Assembly (NCBI GenBank): GCA_019057865.1
Contig: JAHLWP010000013.1
Span: 1 to 64,000, forward strand
DNA length: 64,000 nucleotides
DNA from: Promethearchaeota archaeon
GTDB taxonomy: Archaea; Asgardarchaeota; Lokiarchaeia; Sigyniarchaeales; SOKP01
Direction of reading: 5' to 3'
Translations under genes and position numbers: made by a program
The notes under the pieces: model-generated
The model's database searches: none
The model's input: the letters and a program-made list of their open reading frames with translations, nothing else
What the model was told of the DNA's origin: nothing
Shown: one piece after another, positions 11,192-21,784 of the stretch
Layout: each line of letters starts with the position of its first letter
Numbering within the stretch: position 1 is the stretch's first letter

Positions 11192-11749
11192 TTATTGAAA
11201 AAATTTTAAATGCTTAACTCTTTTGTAAATACTATTTAATAAATTTTTTGGAAGTAACCGATTTAGATCCAAGTTGAATTTCTTTAAAGTATAAAATAAA
11301 ATACAAAAAGAAACTGATTTTAAAATTCTAGCAAGTTTCACATAGGAAGTACCCTCTTCTCGAGAATTTAAAGAAATAGGGATTTCTTTTATCCTTAAAT
11401 TTTTATAGGCTGCTCTAAATAATAATACTGTAGTAAAACCCATTCCAGTACATTTTATATTTTTAAATATGTTAACAGTTTCTTTTCTAAATGCTCTAAA
11501 TCCTGCTTGATTATTTCTAATTTTTTGACGAAATAATAACCATAAGCATAAATTAATAAAATACTCTCCTACACGAGCATAAAGAGCTAATTTATAGCTA
11601 GAACTGCCTAAATATCTTGATCCAACGACTATATCTGCTTGATCATTGAAGAATAATTTAATTATGTTAGAAATTTCTTCAGGATTATGTTGACAATCAG
11701 AATCTATTGTTACAATTATATCGCCAGTAGCATATTTAAATGTATTCAA
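11192..11749 (-). pseudogene. 5'-truncated tandem copy of the DPM1-like GT2 at 11792..12661
   Basis: Near-identical sequence offset by exactly 600 bp; lacks the first ~100 aa; DGQH changed to DCQH and TELL to TVLL. Confidence 0.75.
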
Positions 11750-11791
11750 TAATACAAAACGATACCAATTGTATTGATGGATTTCACATAT

Positions 11792-12661
11792 TTATTGAAA
11801 AAATTTTAAATGCTTAACTCTTTTGTAAACGCATTTTAATGAATTTTTTGGCAATAAACGATTAGCATCTAAGTTGAATTTCTTCATACTATAAAATAAA
11901 ATACAAAAAGAAACTGATTTTAAAATTCTAATTAGGTTCACATAGGATATTCCCGCTTCTCGAGAATTTAAAAAAATAGGAATTTCTATGATCTTCAAGT
12001 TTCTATGAGCTGCTTTAAACAATAGTTCCGTAGTAAAACCCATTCCAGTACATTTTATATTTTTAAATATTTTAACTGTTTTTTTTCTAAATGCTCTAAA
12101 TCCTGCTTGATTATTTCTAATTTTTTGACGATATAAAAACCATAAGCATAAGTTAATAAAATATTCCCCTACACGAGCATAAAGAGGTACTTTATAGGTA
12201 GAGCTACCTAAATATCTCGATCCAACAACAAAATCAGCTTGTTCATTAATAATTGGTTTAATTAAGTTAGGAATTTCTTCAGGATTATGTTGCCCATCAG
12301 AATCCATTGTTACTATTATATCCCCGGTGGCATGTTTAAACCCTGTTAGTATTGATGCTCCATAGCCTAGATTTTTTTCATGTTGAATTATTTTAATATC
12401 CTTATCTTTTATTTCTTCGATTTTCTTCACACTTTTATCAGTAGAACCATCATCAACTACAATAATCTCGTAGGAACTGTGATCTGGTATCCTTTCAATT
12501 ACATTTTTAATGGAATGCTCTTCATTATATAGCGGGATAACAACCGAGATTAAGGGTGAATCTTTTATATAAGAATTTTTGATTCTACTTGATGATTCGG
12601 TTGAGTAATCCTTGTCTATGTTAGAATCATCAACATCCGGAGTAATCTGTCTAATGCTCAT
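11792..12661 (-). CDS. DPM1-like GT2 (polyprenol-phosphate glycosyltransferase)
   Basis: VVIPLYNEE, VDDGSTD, NLGYG, MDSDGQHNP, VVGSRY, GFRAF. Confidence 0.9.
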   Translation of the reverse strand: MSIRQITPDVDDSNIDKDYSTESSSRIKNSYIKDSPLISVVIPLYNEEHSIKNVIERIPDHSSYEIIVVDDGSTDKSVKKIEEIKDKDIKIIQHEKNLGYGASILTGFKHATGDIIVTMDSDGQHNPEEIPNLIKPIINEQADFVVGSRYLGSSTYKVPLYARVGEYFINLCLWFLYRQKIRNNQAGFRAFRKKTVKIFKNIKCTGMGFTTELLFKAAHRNLKIIEIPIFLNSREAGISYVNLIRILKSVSFCILFYSMKKFNLDANRLLPKNSLKCVYKRVKHLKFFQ

Positions 12662-13034
12662 TTTATAGGTTTGCCTAACGGTTTATCAATTAAAATAGAT
12701 CTAAGTTTGATTAATATATCTTATGCAAGTTTTGTCTTTTTTCTTACATATTGTAATCTCTTTTGTATAATATAAATGTTTCTATAAATGTCTCTATTAG
12801 TATCTCTATATAGTCTCTTTGTGATGATAAATTTGTATAAATTAAAAAAAGGTTTAATTAGAATGAGATCTAATTAAAGGAGATGCTAAAATAAGATAAT
12901 TATAATAATTGATTAATTAAATCAAAAATTTTGAAGTAATTATGCTTAGAATCCATAATATCTGTTAAAAAATCTTATAAAATCTTTGAATCATTAGTTA
13001 GATTTTAATAAGTATTTGTATTTGATTTTATTCT

Positions 13035-14978
13035 ATGACATTAATCTTATCACTTCTTAAGACATACCTCATTTTCATAATTTTTTCTTTAATTATTTCT
13101 CTATTTGGAGGTATTTTTATTTATATTTTCCAAAAACATAGTAAGAAGAAATGGAATTTATCTTTACTTGAGTATGGTTTTATTTCTTACGCTGTGGGGT
13201 TATTATTATATATCTTGATCACATATATCCTTAGTTGGTTCAAGTTTTTTAATTTTTACACTGCTTTTTTGCCATTTTTAATAATTTCTTTAATATTTTT
13301 ATTATATTTGTTTAAAAAGAGGAATATTCGAGATGCTTTACCTCGAATTAGAAATTATTTAACTTTGAACTATAAAGAGATTGTTATAAACATCTTAATT
13401 TTAACAGTTATTTTTTTATTTCAATTTTTAACTCTTTGGCCGAAAATCTCAAAAACTTCAGCACTTTTATCCAGAGATTCTTATTATTGGACTAGACAAA
13501 TACTATATCTTAATGAAAATGGGATTGTGAATTATTCTGAGCATGGTTCTTTATATCCATGGGGTTTTATTTTGTTCTGTGGAGGAAATTTATTAATCTC
13601 AAATGATTTTACTACGATCTATTATTTTATGAAATTAGCTTGTTTTCCTTTTTTAAATTTCTATATTTTAGTTATGTTTTCAATTTCTAAGAGAATTTTT
13701 AAGAAAAAATTTTTAATTTTTTTTTGTTTGATTTCAATTTTGAGCCAAATGTTCTTTATGTATAGAACATTGATGTTTCTATCATCATCTATTGCTGTTT
13801 TGTTGATTTTAATTTCATTGATAATACTTTTAACTGAAACTCCAAATTATATTTTATGTTTTATTATACCTGCAACATTTTTATTCAATCCTGTATATGC
13901 TTTTTATTTTATTTTAGCATTATCAGTTTTTTATATTATAAAATTAATAAATTTGGATAGAAATAGGATTTTGATTTATAAAGAAATTATTACAATTATA
14001 TCATTATCGATAATTTTAGTTATTCCATATATAGTTAGTGCTTTCTTTTTTTATGGTAAAGATCTAATTAGTCTCATTGATTATTTTTGTCGCTTTTTCG
14101 AGATAAAAAATTTTAGCCATACTAATACTATAATTGAAATCCCGTCGAATTTTCAGTCAAAATTGTTTTTATTAAATTTATTTAACATTGAATTATATGA
14201 AATTCAATTTCTACTCTATATTGGATTCATTTTTCTTTTACCAATTTGGAGTTTCTTTTTAAAATTTAAAACTCAAGATGATAGACGTAAAGATTTTATT
14301 ATATTTTTAAAAATAGGATTTATTTTGACAATTTTAATCTTACTTACGCCTTTTTTTTTTAGTACGATTAGATTTTTTAAGATTTATTTTATAAGAATAT
14401 TTGAAGCATTTATTCCTTTTATGATACTTCTTTCAGGATTTTTTTTTGAACAAGTATTATCTAAATCTGAAAAATTATGGTATAATACTAAGCTTAAATT
14501 CAGAAAAGTTAAAAGTTGGACTGAAAAAAATAAATTCAATAAAAATGTATTGAATCTTCCTTCACTTTCAATAATTTTAATGCTTGTATTTTCTCTTTTT
14601 GCGTATAATTATTCCAGAATTCATACAGTTACTAATTATTATTATGATGACTCTTTAGTTAAATGTTGTTTTTATATTAATGAAAATATTGAAGAAAACA
14701 CAGATATAGCAGTTTACGATCTTAATGAATCATCTATCCATTCTAGTGCAATTTATTACTTATTATACCGTTATGATTTAATCTATTATCGATTTAATGG
14801 AAATGTAACCTTAAATGAATTTTGGGCGTTTCTACAAGCAAATACAATTGAAAATTTAATTATAAACTTGTCATATTACACTCAGGATTTCATTGATGAT
14901 TTTTCTTCTAATAGCTCTTTTAACACATTAGTAGGGGGATTAACAAACGGAGAATTCTCTTTATATCAGATATTATAG
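13035..14978 (+). CDS. Polytopic membrane protein, GT-C-like
   Basis: Multiple TM segments; SRDSYYW ... YPWGF loop motif; soluble C-terminal domain. Confidence 0.6.
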   Translation: MTLILSLLKTYLIFIIFSLIISLFGGIFIYIFQKHSKKKWNLSLLEYGFISYAVGLLLYILITYILSWFKFFNFYTAFLPFLIISLIFLLYLFKKRNIRDALPRIRNYLTLNYKEIVINILILTVIFLFQFLTLWPKISKTSALLSRDSYYWTRQILYLNENGIVNYSEHGSLYPWGFILFCGGNLLISNDFTTIYYFMKLACFPFLNFYILVMFSISKRIFKKKFLIFFCLISILSQMFFMYRTLMFLSSSIAVLLILISLIILLTETPNYILCFIIPATFLFNPVYAFYFILALSVFYIIKLINLDRNRILIYKEIITIISLSIILVIPYIVSAFFFYGKDLISLIDYFCRFFEIKNFSHTNTIIEIPSNFQSKLFLLNLFNIELYEIQFLLYIGFIFLLPIWSFFLKFKTQDDRRKDFIIFLKIGFILTILILLTPFFFSTIRFFKIYFIRIFEAFIPFMILLSGFFFEQVLSKSEKLWYNTKLKFRKVKSWTEKNKFNKNVLNLPSLSIILMLVFSLFAYNYSRIHTVTNYYYDDSLVKCCFYINENIEENTDIAVYDLNESSIHSSAIYYLLYRYDLIYYRFNGNVTLNEFWAFLQANTIENLIINLSYYTQDFIDDFSSNSSFNTLVGGLTNGEFSLYQIL

Positions 14979-15029
14979 ATTTTAAATTCAATAAAGAGGT
15001 TAAAAGAGAAGTGTGAATTCAAATTTATT

Positions 15030-15866
15030 TTAAGTTTTTAAAATATATATTCTTATTCTATCTCTAAACTTTTTACTAAATATTCTGTGAGTAATTCCTT
15101 TTATTCTTGGAAATATATAGTATTTTATAAAGAGTAAGATTATTTTTGAGAAGTAGTTTCTCATTTTGATAAAGGATTTACCATGATCCCTTTGTTTAAC
15201 TACAATTGGAATTTCTTTATAATTATAATAGGGAATAATTTTAAAAAGCATTTCTTGCGATATTGAATACTCGGATTCAAGTTCTAAATTATCTAATACT
15301 TTTGATGTTAATGCCCGATATCCATTTGTAGGATCCATTACTTTTTTATGAAGGAATACCATGTAAAAAGCAGTCATAATTTTTAAACAGAGCTTCTTAT
15401 AGGTTTCCATCTCATAATAATACTTAAATCGATTTCCAACAACAAAATCTATATTATCTTCTATTATAGGTTTTATAAAATCTTTAATATATTTAGGATT
15501 GTGTTGACCGTCGGCATCAAGTAAAATTACTATCTCTAATTTTCCATTTTTACAATAATCTAGTCCTGTTCTAACTGCAGCACCATATCCTCTATTTTGA
15601 GAATGTTTGATAAGACAAATGTTATAACGACTGGCAATTTCACAAGTTTTATCAGCAGATCCATCATCTACTACTATTACTTCAAACTTATCAGATATAT
15701 TAGTGGGAATTTGTGCAAGTGTATTTCCGATATTTAACTCTTCATTATATGCCGGTATCACAACACCTATTTTCAAATCTGGATAAAGGTAATTTTTATT
15801 TTGGGGTTCTTTTTTCAATTTTTTTGAGGTATAATTCAATTTCTCGGAAGTTGTTGATATTTTCAA
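15030..15866 (-). CDS. DPM1-like GT2
   Basis: VVIPAYNEE, VDDGSAD, LDADGQHNP, DPTNGYRA. Confidence 0.9.
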   Translation of the reverse strand: MKISTTSEKLNYTSKKLKKEPQNKNYLYPDLKIGVVIPAYNEELNIGNTLAQIPTNISDKFEVIVVDDGSADKTCEIASRYNICLIKHSQNRGYGAAVRTGLDYCKNGKLEIVILLDADGQHNPKYIKDFIKPIIEDNIDFVVGNRFKYYYEMETYKKLCLKIMTAFYMVFLHKKVMDPTNGYRALTSKVLDNLELESEYSISQEMLFKIIPYYNYKEIPIVVKQRDHGKSFIKMRNYFSKIILLFIKYYIFPRIKGITHRIFSKKFRDRIRIYILKT

Positions 15867-16119
15867 TATTTAAACCCCATCTTATATTAAAAGTGGTCGT
15901 AATATTTGCTATTATTGAAATTTAAAATAAATTTTGATATATGTTGTAATATTCTGTAATATAAAAAATAAATTTATTTTATTAATTAAATATTTATTTA
16001 ATCCCATTATTTGTCGTATATTATTTCCTTTAATATTCTTGATTAAAGGAGCTGTTCTTTATGATTATTATATTTAATTGAATCAAAATAATAATTATTT
16101 TTGAATTAACTATTCTATT

Positions 16120-16591
16120 TATAACGACATAAATAATTTCTTATGCTCTAAGCGTCTTTTTTTGAATATCACCTGGATATCACACTCTTAAATAAGGCTT
16201 TTTTTTGCTCTTAGATTCATGGAAAAACTTCAAATAACAAGGAGTTCGCCTAACCACGATGAGTTGGTCGAGTTCTACAAGAAAGAGAAAAATTCTAAGC
16301 TGAAAGAACGATATCATGCTCTTTTTTTAATGCATGAGTTCATGAACTGCACGATAGTTGCAGAACTAATAAGGATAAGCTCGAGCTTCTCTTTCTACCC
16401 CCATATTCCCCCAATTTAAATCCGATGGAGTGGTTTTGGAAGTTTTAACGCAAACAGGTCACGCATAACACTTTTTTTGACACGTTTAAGAAATTTCAGC
16501 GTGCTCTCATAAAATTTATAAGAAAATTTAAATTACCATCAATAGAAATTAAAACTCGCTGCAGTTTTGCGAAATTAATTCCGTCGTTATA
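16120..16591 (+). mobile_element. Internally deleted IS630-family element (transposase relic with terminal inverted repeats)
   Basis: TIRs TATAACGAC..aa.taatttc at 16120 and inverted at 16571-16591, with TA ends. The HTH N-terminus (KERYHALFL) is joined out of frame to FLPPYSPNLNPMEWFWKF*RKQVTHN. Confidence 0.85.
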
Positions 16592-16650
16592 AATAGTTGA
16601 GAATGAGTCTTTTATTCCTCCACGGATAAAACGGTTATTTTTAAAGTTTC

Positions 16651-17802
16651 TTAGCCAGGATTCATTCTCTTTTTTTTTAATTTTTTAACTATCAAAAAGC
16701 TAATTATTATAAATGCCAGACAACTTAAACCTAAAGATAACCCCAGGATTACTCTGCCTATAAAAATTTGTGGTGTTGGTGTATTTGTGGCATGAAATGG
16801 TAATTCTGAAGGATAAGGGTCATACGATTTTGCAGAACCATCAATATTATATGAACCAAAGCCCCACCAATCCGACCAATAATTTCCTTCTTGTAAAGAT
16901 TCATTATACCAAACATTGTTTAAACCATCGTCTTTCGCCTGGCTTTTGCCTTCAAGATGATTGTTTACAAAAGAATTATGAAATATGGTATTATCATTAC
17001 TATCTATTAGTAAACCATACCATTTGGTACCCTCTATCAGATTATGTATAATTGAGCAAAAGTCTGGATAATATGGGCCAAGAAAACTTGACAATAGAAT
17101 ACCAAAATTATTATTTACGATTAAATTGTCTTTTATTAAAAAATACCCTCCTGAATTTGTTAAATAAATCACTTCATAATTGTTGGTAATATTATTTTCA
17201 AGAATTCGTGAATATGGTGATCTATATTCAACTCTGATACAACATATATTATTGAATAATGTATTATTTGCTACTAACGCATGAGGAGAATCATTGAAAT
17301 GTATAGCATAATAACAATTATAAATTATATTCTTTAAGATCTTAATATAAGGTGATTTACCAACGAATATGCCAAAATAATTGTCTGAACTGCAAGTATT
17401 ATTTTTTATTGTAATAGTATTTTCAGTTGTATTATAAATTTCTATTGCTCGATAATGAGCATAAATATAACAATTTTGGATTAAGACATATTTGGTGGTA
17501 TTTTCTAAATAAATACCATAATCTTTTTCGGTTGATATTAAAAGATTTTCTATATGGTAAGGGTCGTTTTCACTTCCTGAACCTGGGAAACTATAATTAA
17601 TCAAATCTTGGTCTGAATTTATATAAATAACGCAATTATCAGAATCTAGCGAATTTAACGTATTTAAATTAATATCTTTTAAGTTATTTAGAATAACATA
17701 CTCTTTTGATTGAATAAAACCTTCAGAATTGGCAAAACACAATATAAAAAAGAATAAACCTACAATCAGTAAATGTGATTTAAATTTTTGAATTTGAATC
17801 AA
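16651..17802 (-). CDS. Secreted, membrane-anchored right-handed beta-helix (NosD/CASH-like) protein
   Basis: Signal peptide, GSGSENDPY, N/I-rich beta-helix repeats, GNYWSD, C-terminal TM followed by a basic tail. Confidence 0.8.
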   Translation of the reverse strand: MIQIQKFKSHLLIVGLFFFILCFANSEGFIQSKEYVILNNLKDINLNTLNSLDSDNCVIYINSDQDLINYSFPGSGSENDPYHIENLLISTEKDYGIYLENTTKYVLIQNCYIYAHYRAIEIYNTTENTITIKNNTCSSDNYFGIFVGKSPYIKILKNIIYNCYYAIHFNDSPHALVANNTLFNNICCIRVEYRSPYSRILENNITNNYEVIYLTNSGGYFLIKDNLIVNNNFGILLSSFLGPYYPDFCSIIHNLIEGTKWYGLLIDSNDNTIFHNSFVNNHLEGKSQAKDDGLNNVWYNESLQEGNYWSDWWGFGSYNIDGSAKSYDPYPSELPFHATNTPTPQIFIGRVILGLSLGLSCLAFIIISFLIVKKLKKKRMNPG

Positions 17803-17939
17803 TTCTTTAAAAGGATAGTATTAAAGAATTTATAACAAATTCAATATTTAAAAGTTTCTCTAAAAGCTTCAAATTTTTATGTGAACTATAAATAGATTTA
17901 CAATAATTTACTTAAGAAAAATAATATAGGAGGAAAAAA

Positions 17940-17976
17940 CTTAAAGCATGAGAAAAGAATTATGTCGTTATAAATA
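17940..17976 (-). repeat. Isolated inverted copy of the IS630 left end
   Basis: Reverse complement matches 16116..16152 at 32/37 nt. Confidence 0.8.
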
Positions 17977-18027
17977 ATATTTGTAGAAAAAAGTAAATTA
18001 AAAATTTCATAATTCTTTCCCTTATTT

Positions 18028-19182
18028 ATGGGTAAACAAATTAAAAGAATTTGTTATGTTAATCCCGGTATTAATGTTAAAAGACCAATTTCTTTTCTTA
18101 TGAATAAATTAAAGAATGAAAGATATATCGTTACTGTTTTATTACCAAAGAAGAAATATGAAATAAAAAGAGAGGATACAAGATATTATGATGATTTTAA
18201 AGGGATAAATCTATTAACATACCCCATTTGGACTAAATCTTCAGGATTTATTTGGCCAATTCCAATCAATTTAGATTTTTTTAGACGATGTTGGAAAGTT
18301 TTAAGAGAAAATGATATAATTCATATTTGGACTGCTTTTTATCCTAATACATTTATAACTTGTTTGTTAAAATTATTATTTTTTAAGAAAAAAACTCTAA
18401 TTCTAACAATGGATACCTTTCCAGCTTACTCCTTTAAAGTATCTTCAATTTTAGATATTTTATTCAAATTGTATTTTAAAACAATAGGTAAAATTCCCTT
18501 TTACGCATCTAATTACATAACAATCTATGGAAAATCATTTTTTAAATATGCTAGAAAAATAGGAATTCCTAAAAGAAAAATAGTTATTACACCTACTGGT
18601 ATTGAATTATCACCTAAAGCCCCCGATAGAAATATAAGGAAATTATTTAACATTAGTTCAAATAAGAAAATAGTATTATTTGTTGGACTTCATAATAAAA
18701 GGAAAGGAACTGATTTAATAATAAAAACCGCTAGATTATTAAAAGATGAGAATATTATATTTTTATTGGTAGGTGACGGTCCGGAAAGGATTAAATCAAT
18801 AAAAGAAGTATCTAAAATTGGATTGAATGAAAAAGTATTATTTTTAGGAACTAGACTTGATTTATATAATTTTTATAATCAATCAGATGTGTTTTTTCTT
18901 CCAAGTAGAGGTGAAGGTTTGGCAGGTGTTTTAATGGAAGCAATGATTTATCAAGTTCCAATAGTAACTAGCAATATTCCGGGAACAAGAGATTTAGTTA
19001 ATCATTTAGAAAATGGATTATTATGTGAAACGGAAAATTATAGATGTTATGCAGAATCAATAAAAAGAATTCTACAAGATGATAAACTATCAAATAGATT
19101 TAAAATAAATGGTTTGAATAAGATGAGAACTAAATTTTTATGGGAAAATAATATAAAAAAATATGAGCTTTTATATCTATAA
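18028..19182 (+). CDS. GT4 glycosyltransferase
   Basis: FVG...RKG, LVGDGP, PSRGEGLAGVLMEAM. Confidence 0.9.
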   Translation: MGKQIKRICYVNPGINVKRPISFLMNKLKNERYIVTVLLPKKKYEIKREDTRYYDDFKGINLLTYPIWTKSSGFIWPIPINLDFFRRCWKVLRENDIIHIWTAFYPNTFITCLLKLLFFKKKTLILTMDTFPAYSFKVSSILDILFKLYFKTIGKIPFYASNYITIYGKSFFKYARKIGIPKRKIVITPTGIELSPKAPDRNIRKLFNISSNKKIVLFVGLHNKRKGTDLIIKTARLLKDENIIFLLVGDGPERIKSIKEVSKIGLNEKVLFLGTRLDLYNFYNQSDVFFLPSRGEGLAGVLMEAMIYQVPIVTSNIPGTRDLVNHLENGLLCETENYRCYAESIKRILQDDKLSNRFKINGLNKMRTKFLWENNIKKYELLYL

Positions 19183-19310
19183 TTTAAGAATTTAAAGATA
19201 AAATTATTGAATTTTTTTAAAAATAAAGTGAACAGATAAAGAAGAAAATTTTTCTGAAAAGTTTAATTTGATAAATTATATTTTTTCATATTAAAAAATC
19301 TAGAACCATT

Positions 19311-20273
19311 ATGTTAAAAAATAGAAACGTTTTAATTACTGGTGGAGCAGGTTTTATTGGAACACACCTATTTGAAACTTTAATAAAAGATGATAATTAT
19401 ATTGTGATAATTGATAACTTCAATGAGTGTTATTATTCAGGAAAAGAGGAAAATTTAGTAAATGTGACTCAAAATCATGAAATTCTAAAAGATTATAATA
19501 TAATTAAAGGTGATTTATTAAACAACTCAATTTATAGCAAAATAAAATGTGAAATTGATATTATATTTCATCTTGCTGCTCATGCTGGAGTAAGATATTC
19601 AATTCAAAATGCAGAAGAAGTAACAAGAAATAACATTATAAGTTTTGTCAACATTTTAGAATATGCTTTACATAATAATGTAAAAAAAGTTGTTTATGCG
19701 TCTTCTTCTTCTGTATATGGAAATCCAATTTATACACCTGTAGATGAAGAACATCCAAAAAATCCAATATCTCCATATGGTGTATCAAAATTATGTGGTG
19801 AAGTTTATGCTGATTACTATTTTAGAGAATATTCCTTGCCAATTACTTCATTGAGATTTTATACTGTTTATGGGCCAAGAGGTAGACCTGATATGGCTAT
19901 TGGAAAATTTTTTAATCTAATTTTTCAAGATAAAGAAATAATAGTATATGGAGATGGAGAGCAGCTCCGAGACTTCACTTTTATTTCTGATATTGTGAAT
20001 GGACTAATTTTATCAGGAGAAAAAAAGAAGTCTTCTGGTGAAGCTTTTAATTTAGGTTGGTCTAATCCAATCACAGTTAATCATTTAGTTGATATGATGT
20101 TTAAAATTGCTAATAAAACTAAAAAAGTTAAATATATAAAAAGACAAAAGGGAGATGTAGATATTACCCATTCAGATATTAAGAAAGCGAATGATATGCT
20201 AAATTATCAGCCAAGAGTGAATATTGAAGAGGGATTACAAAAAACATACAAGTGGCATAAAAATAATGTTTAA
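19311..20273 (+). CDS. NAD-dependent epimerase/dehydratase (UDP-glucuronate/glucose 4-epimerase-like)
   Basis: TGGAGFIG, SSSSVYG, YGVSK, FYTVYGPRGRPDMA. Confidence 0.9.
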   Translation: MLKNRNVLITGGAGFIGTHLFETLIKDDNYIVIIDNFNECYYSGKEENLVNVTQNHEILKDYNIIKGDLLNNSIYSKIKCEIDIIFHLAAHAGVRYSIQNAEEVTRNNIISFVNILEYALHNNVKKVVYASSSSVYGNPIYTPVDEEHPKNPISPYGVSKLCGEVYADYYFREYSLPITSLRFYTVYGPRGRPDMAIGKFFNLIFQDKEIIVYGDGEQLRDFTFISDIVNGLILSGEKKKSSGEAFNLGWSNPITVNHLVDMMFKIANKTKKVKYIKRQKGDVDITHSDIKKANDMLNYQPRVNIEEGLQKTYKWHKNNV

Positions 20274-20329
20274 AATTTGATTGTTATTTTATAGCTAAAG
20301 TTAAAAAATAAAGTAATTCTCAAGGAAGG

Positions 20330-21457
20330 ATGTTATCAAAAAAAATAAAGGTCTGTCTTGTCTCGCATGGGTATCCAATTTATAATAAAAAATACAAAGA
20401 TTATTATAGAATTGGAGGTGCTGAGGTACAACTATTTCTCCTTTCAAAAGAATTTGCTAAGAATGATAATTTTGAAGTAAATCTTATTATTGGAAATTAT
20501 AAAAGAAAAGCTTCAATTGAATTTTTTGAAAAAATTAAGATATTTGGTTTGCGCTCTCTTAGTAAAAAATTAATAAATCATTTCATAAGTATGATTAAAT
20601 TGTTTTTCACATTAAAACAAATAAATCCAGATTTTGTAATTAAGAGAGCTGCTAGTATGGTTACTGGAGTCTGCGCACTATATTGTAGAATATTTAAAAA
20701 AAATTTTATTTATTCCATTGCAAATGAAACCGATGTAAATGGAGAATCAGAGAAAAATATTTTTGGTAAAATCTATAAATTTGGTTTAGATAATGCTACT
20801 TATCTTGTAGCCCAAAATTTTAACCAAATTATTGAATTAGAAAAATTCAAGAAAAGAAAATTCTACAATATTAAAGTTATTAAAAGTGGTTATGAAATTA
20901 AAAAAGAAGAGCCTATAACCCAAAAAGAAATTATATTATGGGTAGCAAGGGCTATTGAATGGAAGAGACCAGAAATGTTTTTCATGCTTGCGAAGCAATT
21001 TCCTAATGAAAAATTTATAATGATATGTAATGAGGTCAATTATAAGAAAGACTATTACAAAACAATTGTTAGAAAAGCGTCAAATTTAAAAAATTTAACA
21101 TTTATTAAATTTGTTCCATTTCACGAGATTGATGATTATTTTAAACAAGCAAAAATTTTAATCAATACATCTATTTATGAAGGGTTTCCAAACACATTTA
21201 TTCAAGCTTTTAGAAATGGAACTCCTGTTATAAGTCTAAATGTGAATCCTGATAACATATTTTCAAAAAACAAAATAGGATATTTTTGTAATGATGATTT
21301 TGAAAAAATGAAAGCAAATTTAAGTCTATTATTAGAAAAACGTGATTTATATAAAACTTATTCTAAAAATGCATATCACTTTTGTAGAGAAAATCATGAT
21401 ATAAAAAAAATTGGACATCAATGGATTCAATTGATTGATACTCTTTCTAAATTATAA
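20330..21457 (+). CDS. GT4 glycosyltransferase
   Basis: GGAEVQ, WKRPE, TSIYEGFPNTFIQA. Confidence 0.9.
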   Translation: MLSKKIKVCLVSHGYPIYNKKYKDYYRIGGAEVQLFLLSKEFAKNDNFEVNLIIGNYKRKASIEFFEKIKIFGLRSLSKKLINHFISMIKLFFTLKQINPDFVIKRAASMVTGVCALYCRIFKKNFIYSIANETDVNGESEKNIFGKIYKFGLDNATYLVAQNFNQIIELEKFKKRKFYNIKVIKSGYEIKKEEPITQKEIILWVARAIEWKRPEMFFMLAKQFPNEKFIMICNEVNYKKDYYKTIVRKASNLKNLTFIKFVPFHEIDDYFKQAKILINTSIYEGFPNTFIQAFRNGTPVISLNVNPDNIFSKNKIGYFCNDDFEKMKANLSLLLEKRDLYKTYSKNAYHFCRENHDIKKIGHQWIQLIDTLSKL

Positions 21458-21613
21458 ACTGTTTCACACTTGAATGTACTATTTTTATATATAGTGTGCT
21501 ATTAAGTTGTAATATTACTTGAAAAACCTTATAAAATAGAACTTATACTTCAGTAATAGTTTTTATAAAAATCAATATTAGTTGTATTCTATTATAAAAA
21601 TAACATTATCTTT

Positions 21614-21673
21614 TTACTTAAAAGTTAAAAAATCATAAAAACGTTCACAAAAAGCTTTCTTTGTATTAAACAT
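21614..21673 (-). pseudogene. Collapsed remnant (19-codon minigene) of a paralog of the GT at 26441..27580
   Basis: Encodes MFNTKKAFCERFYDFLTFK*; 45/47 nt identical to the 3' end of 26441..27580; the upstream ~100 nt resemble 27581..27680. Confidence 0.75.
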
Positions 21674-21784
21674 TTATGAAATCCCTTATAAAGAGTGAAA
21701 CAAAAAATTTTTAATTTAATTTATAATTTTTCAAATATTTCTAATTATTAATAAGTTATTACTTAAAATTGAATTCTTTTAAAA

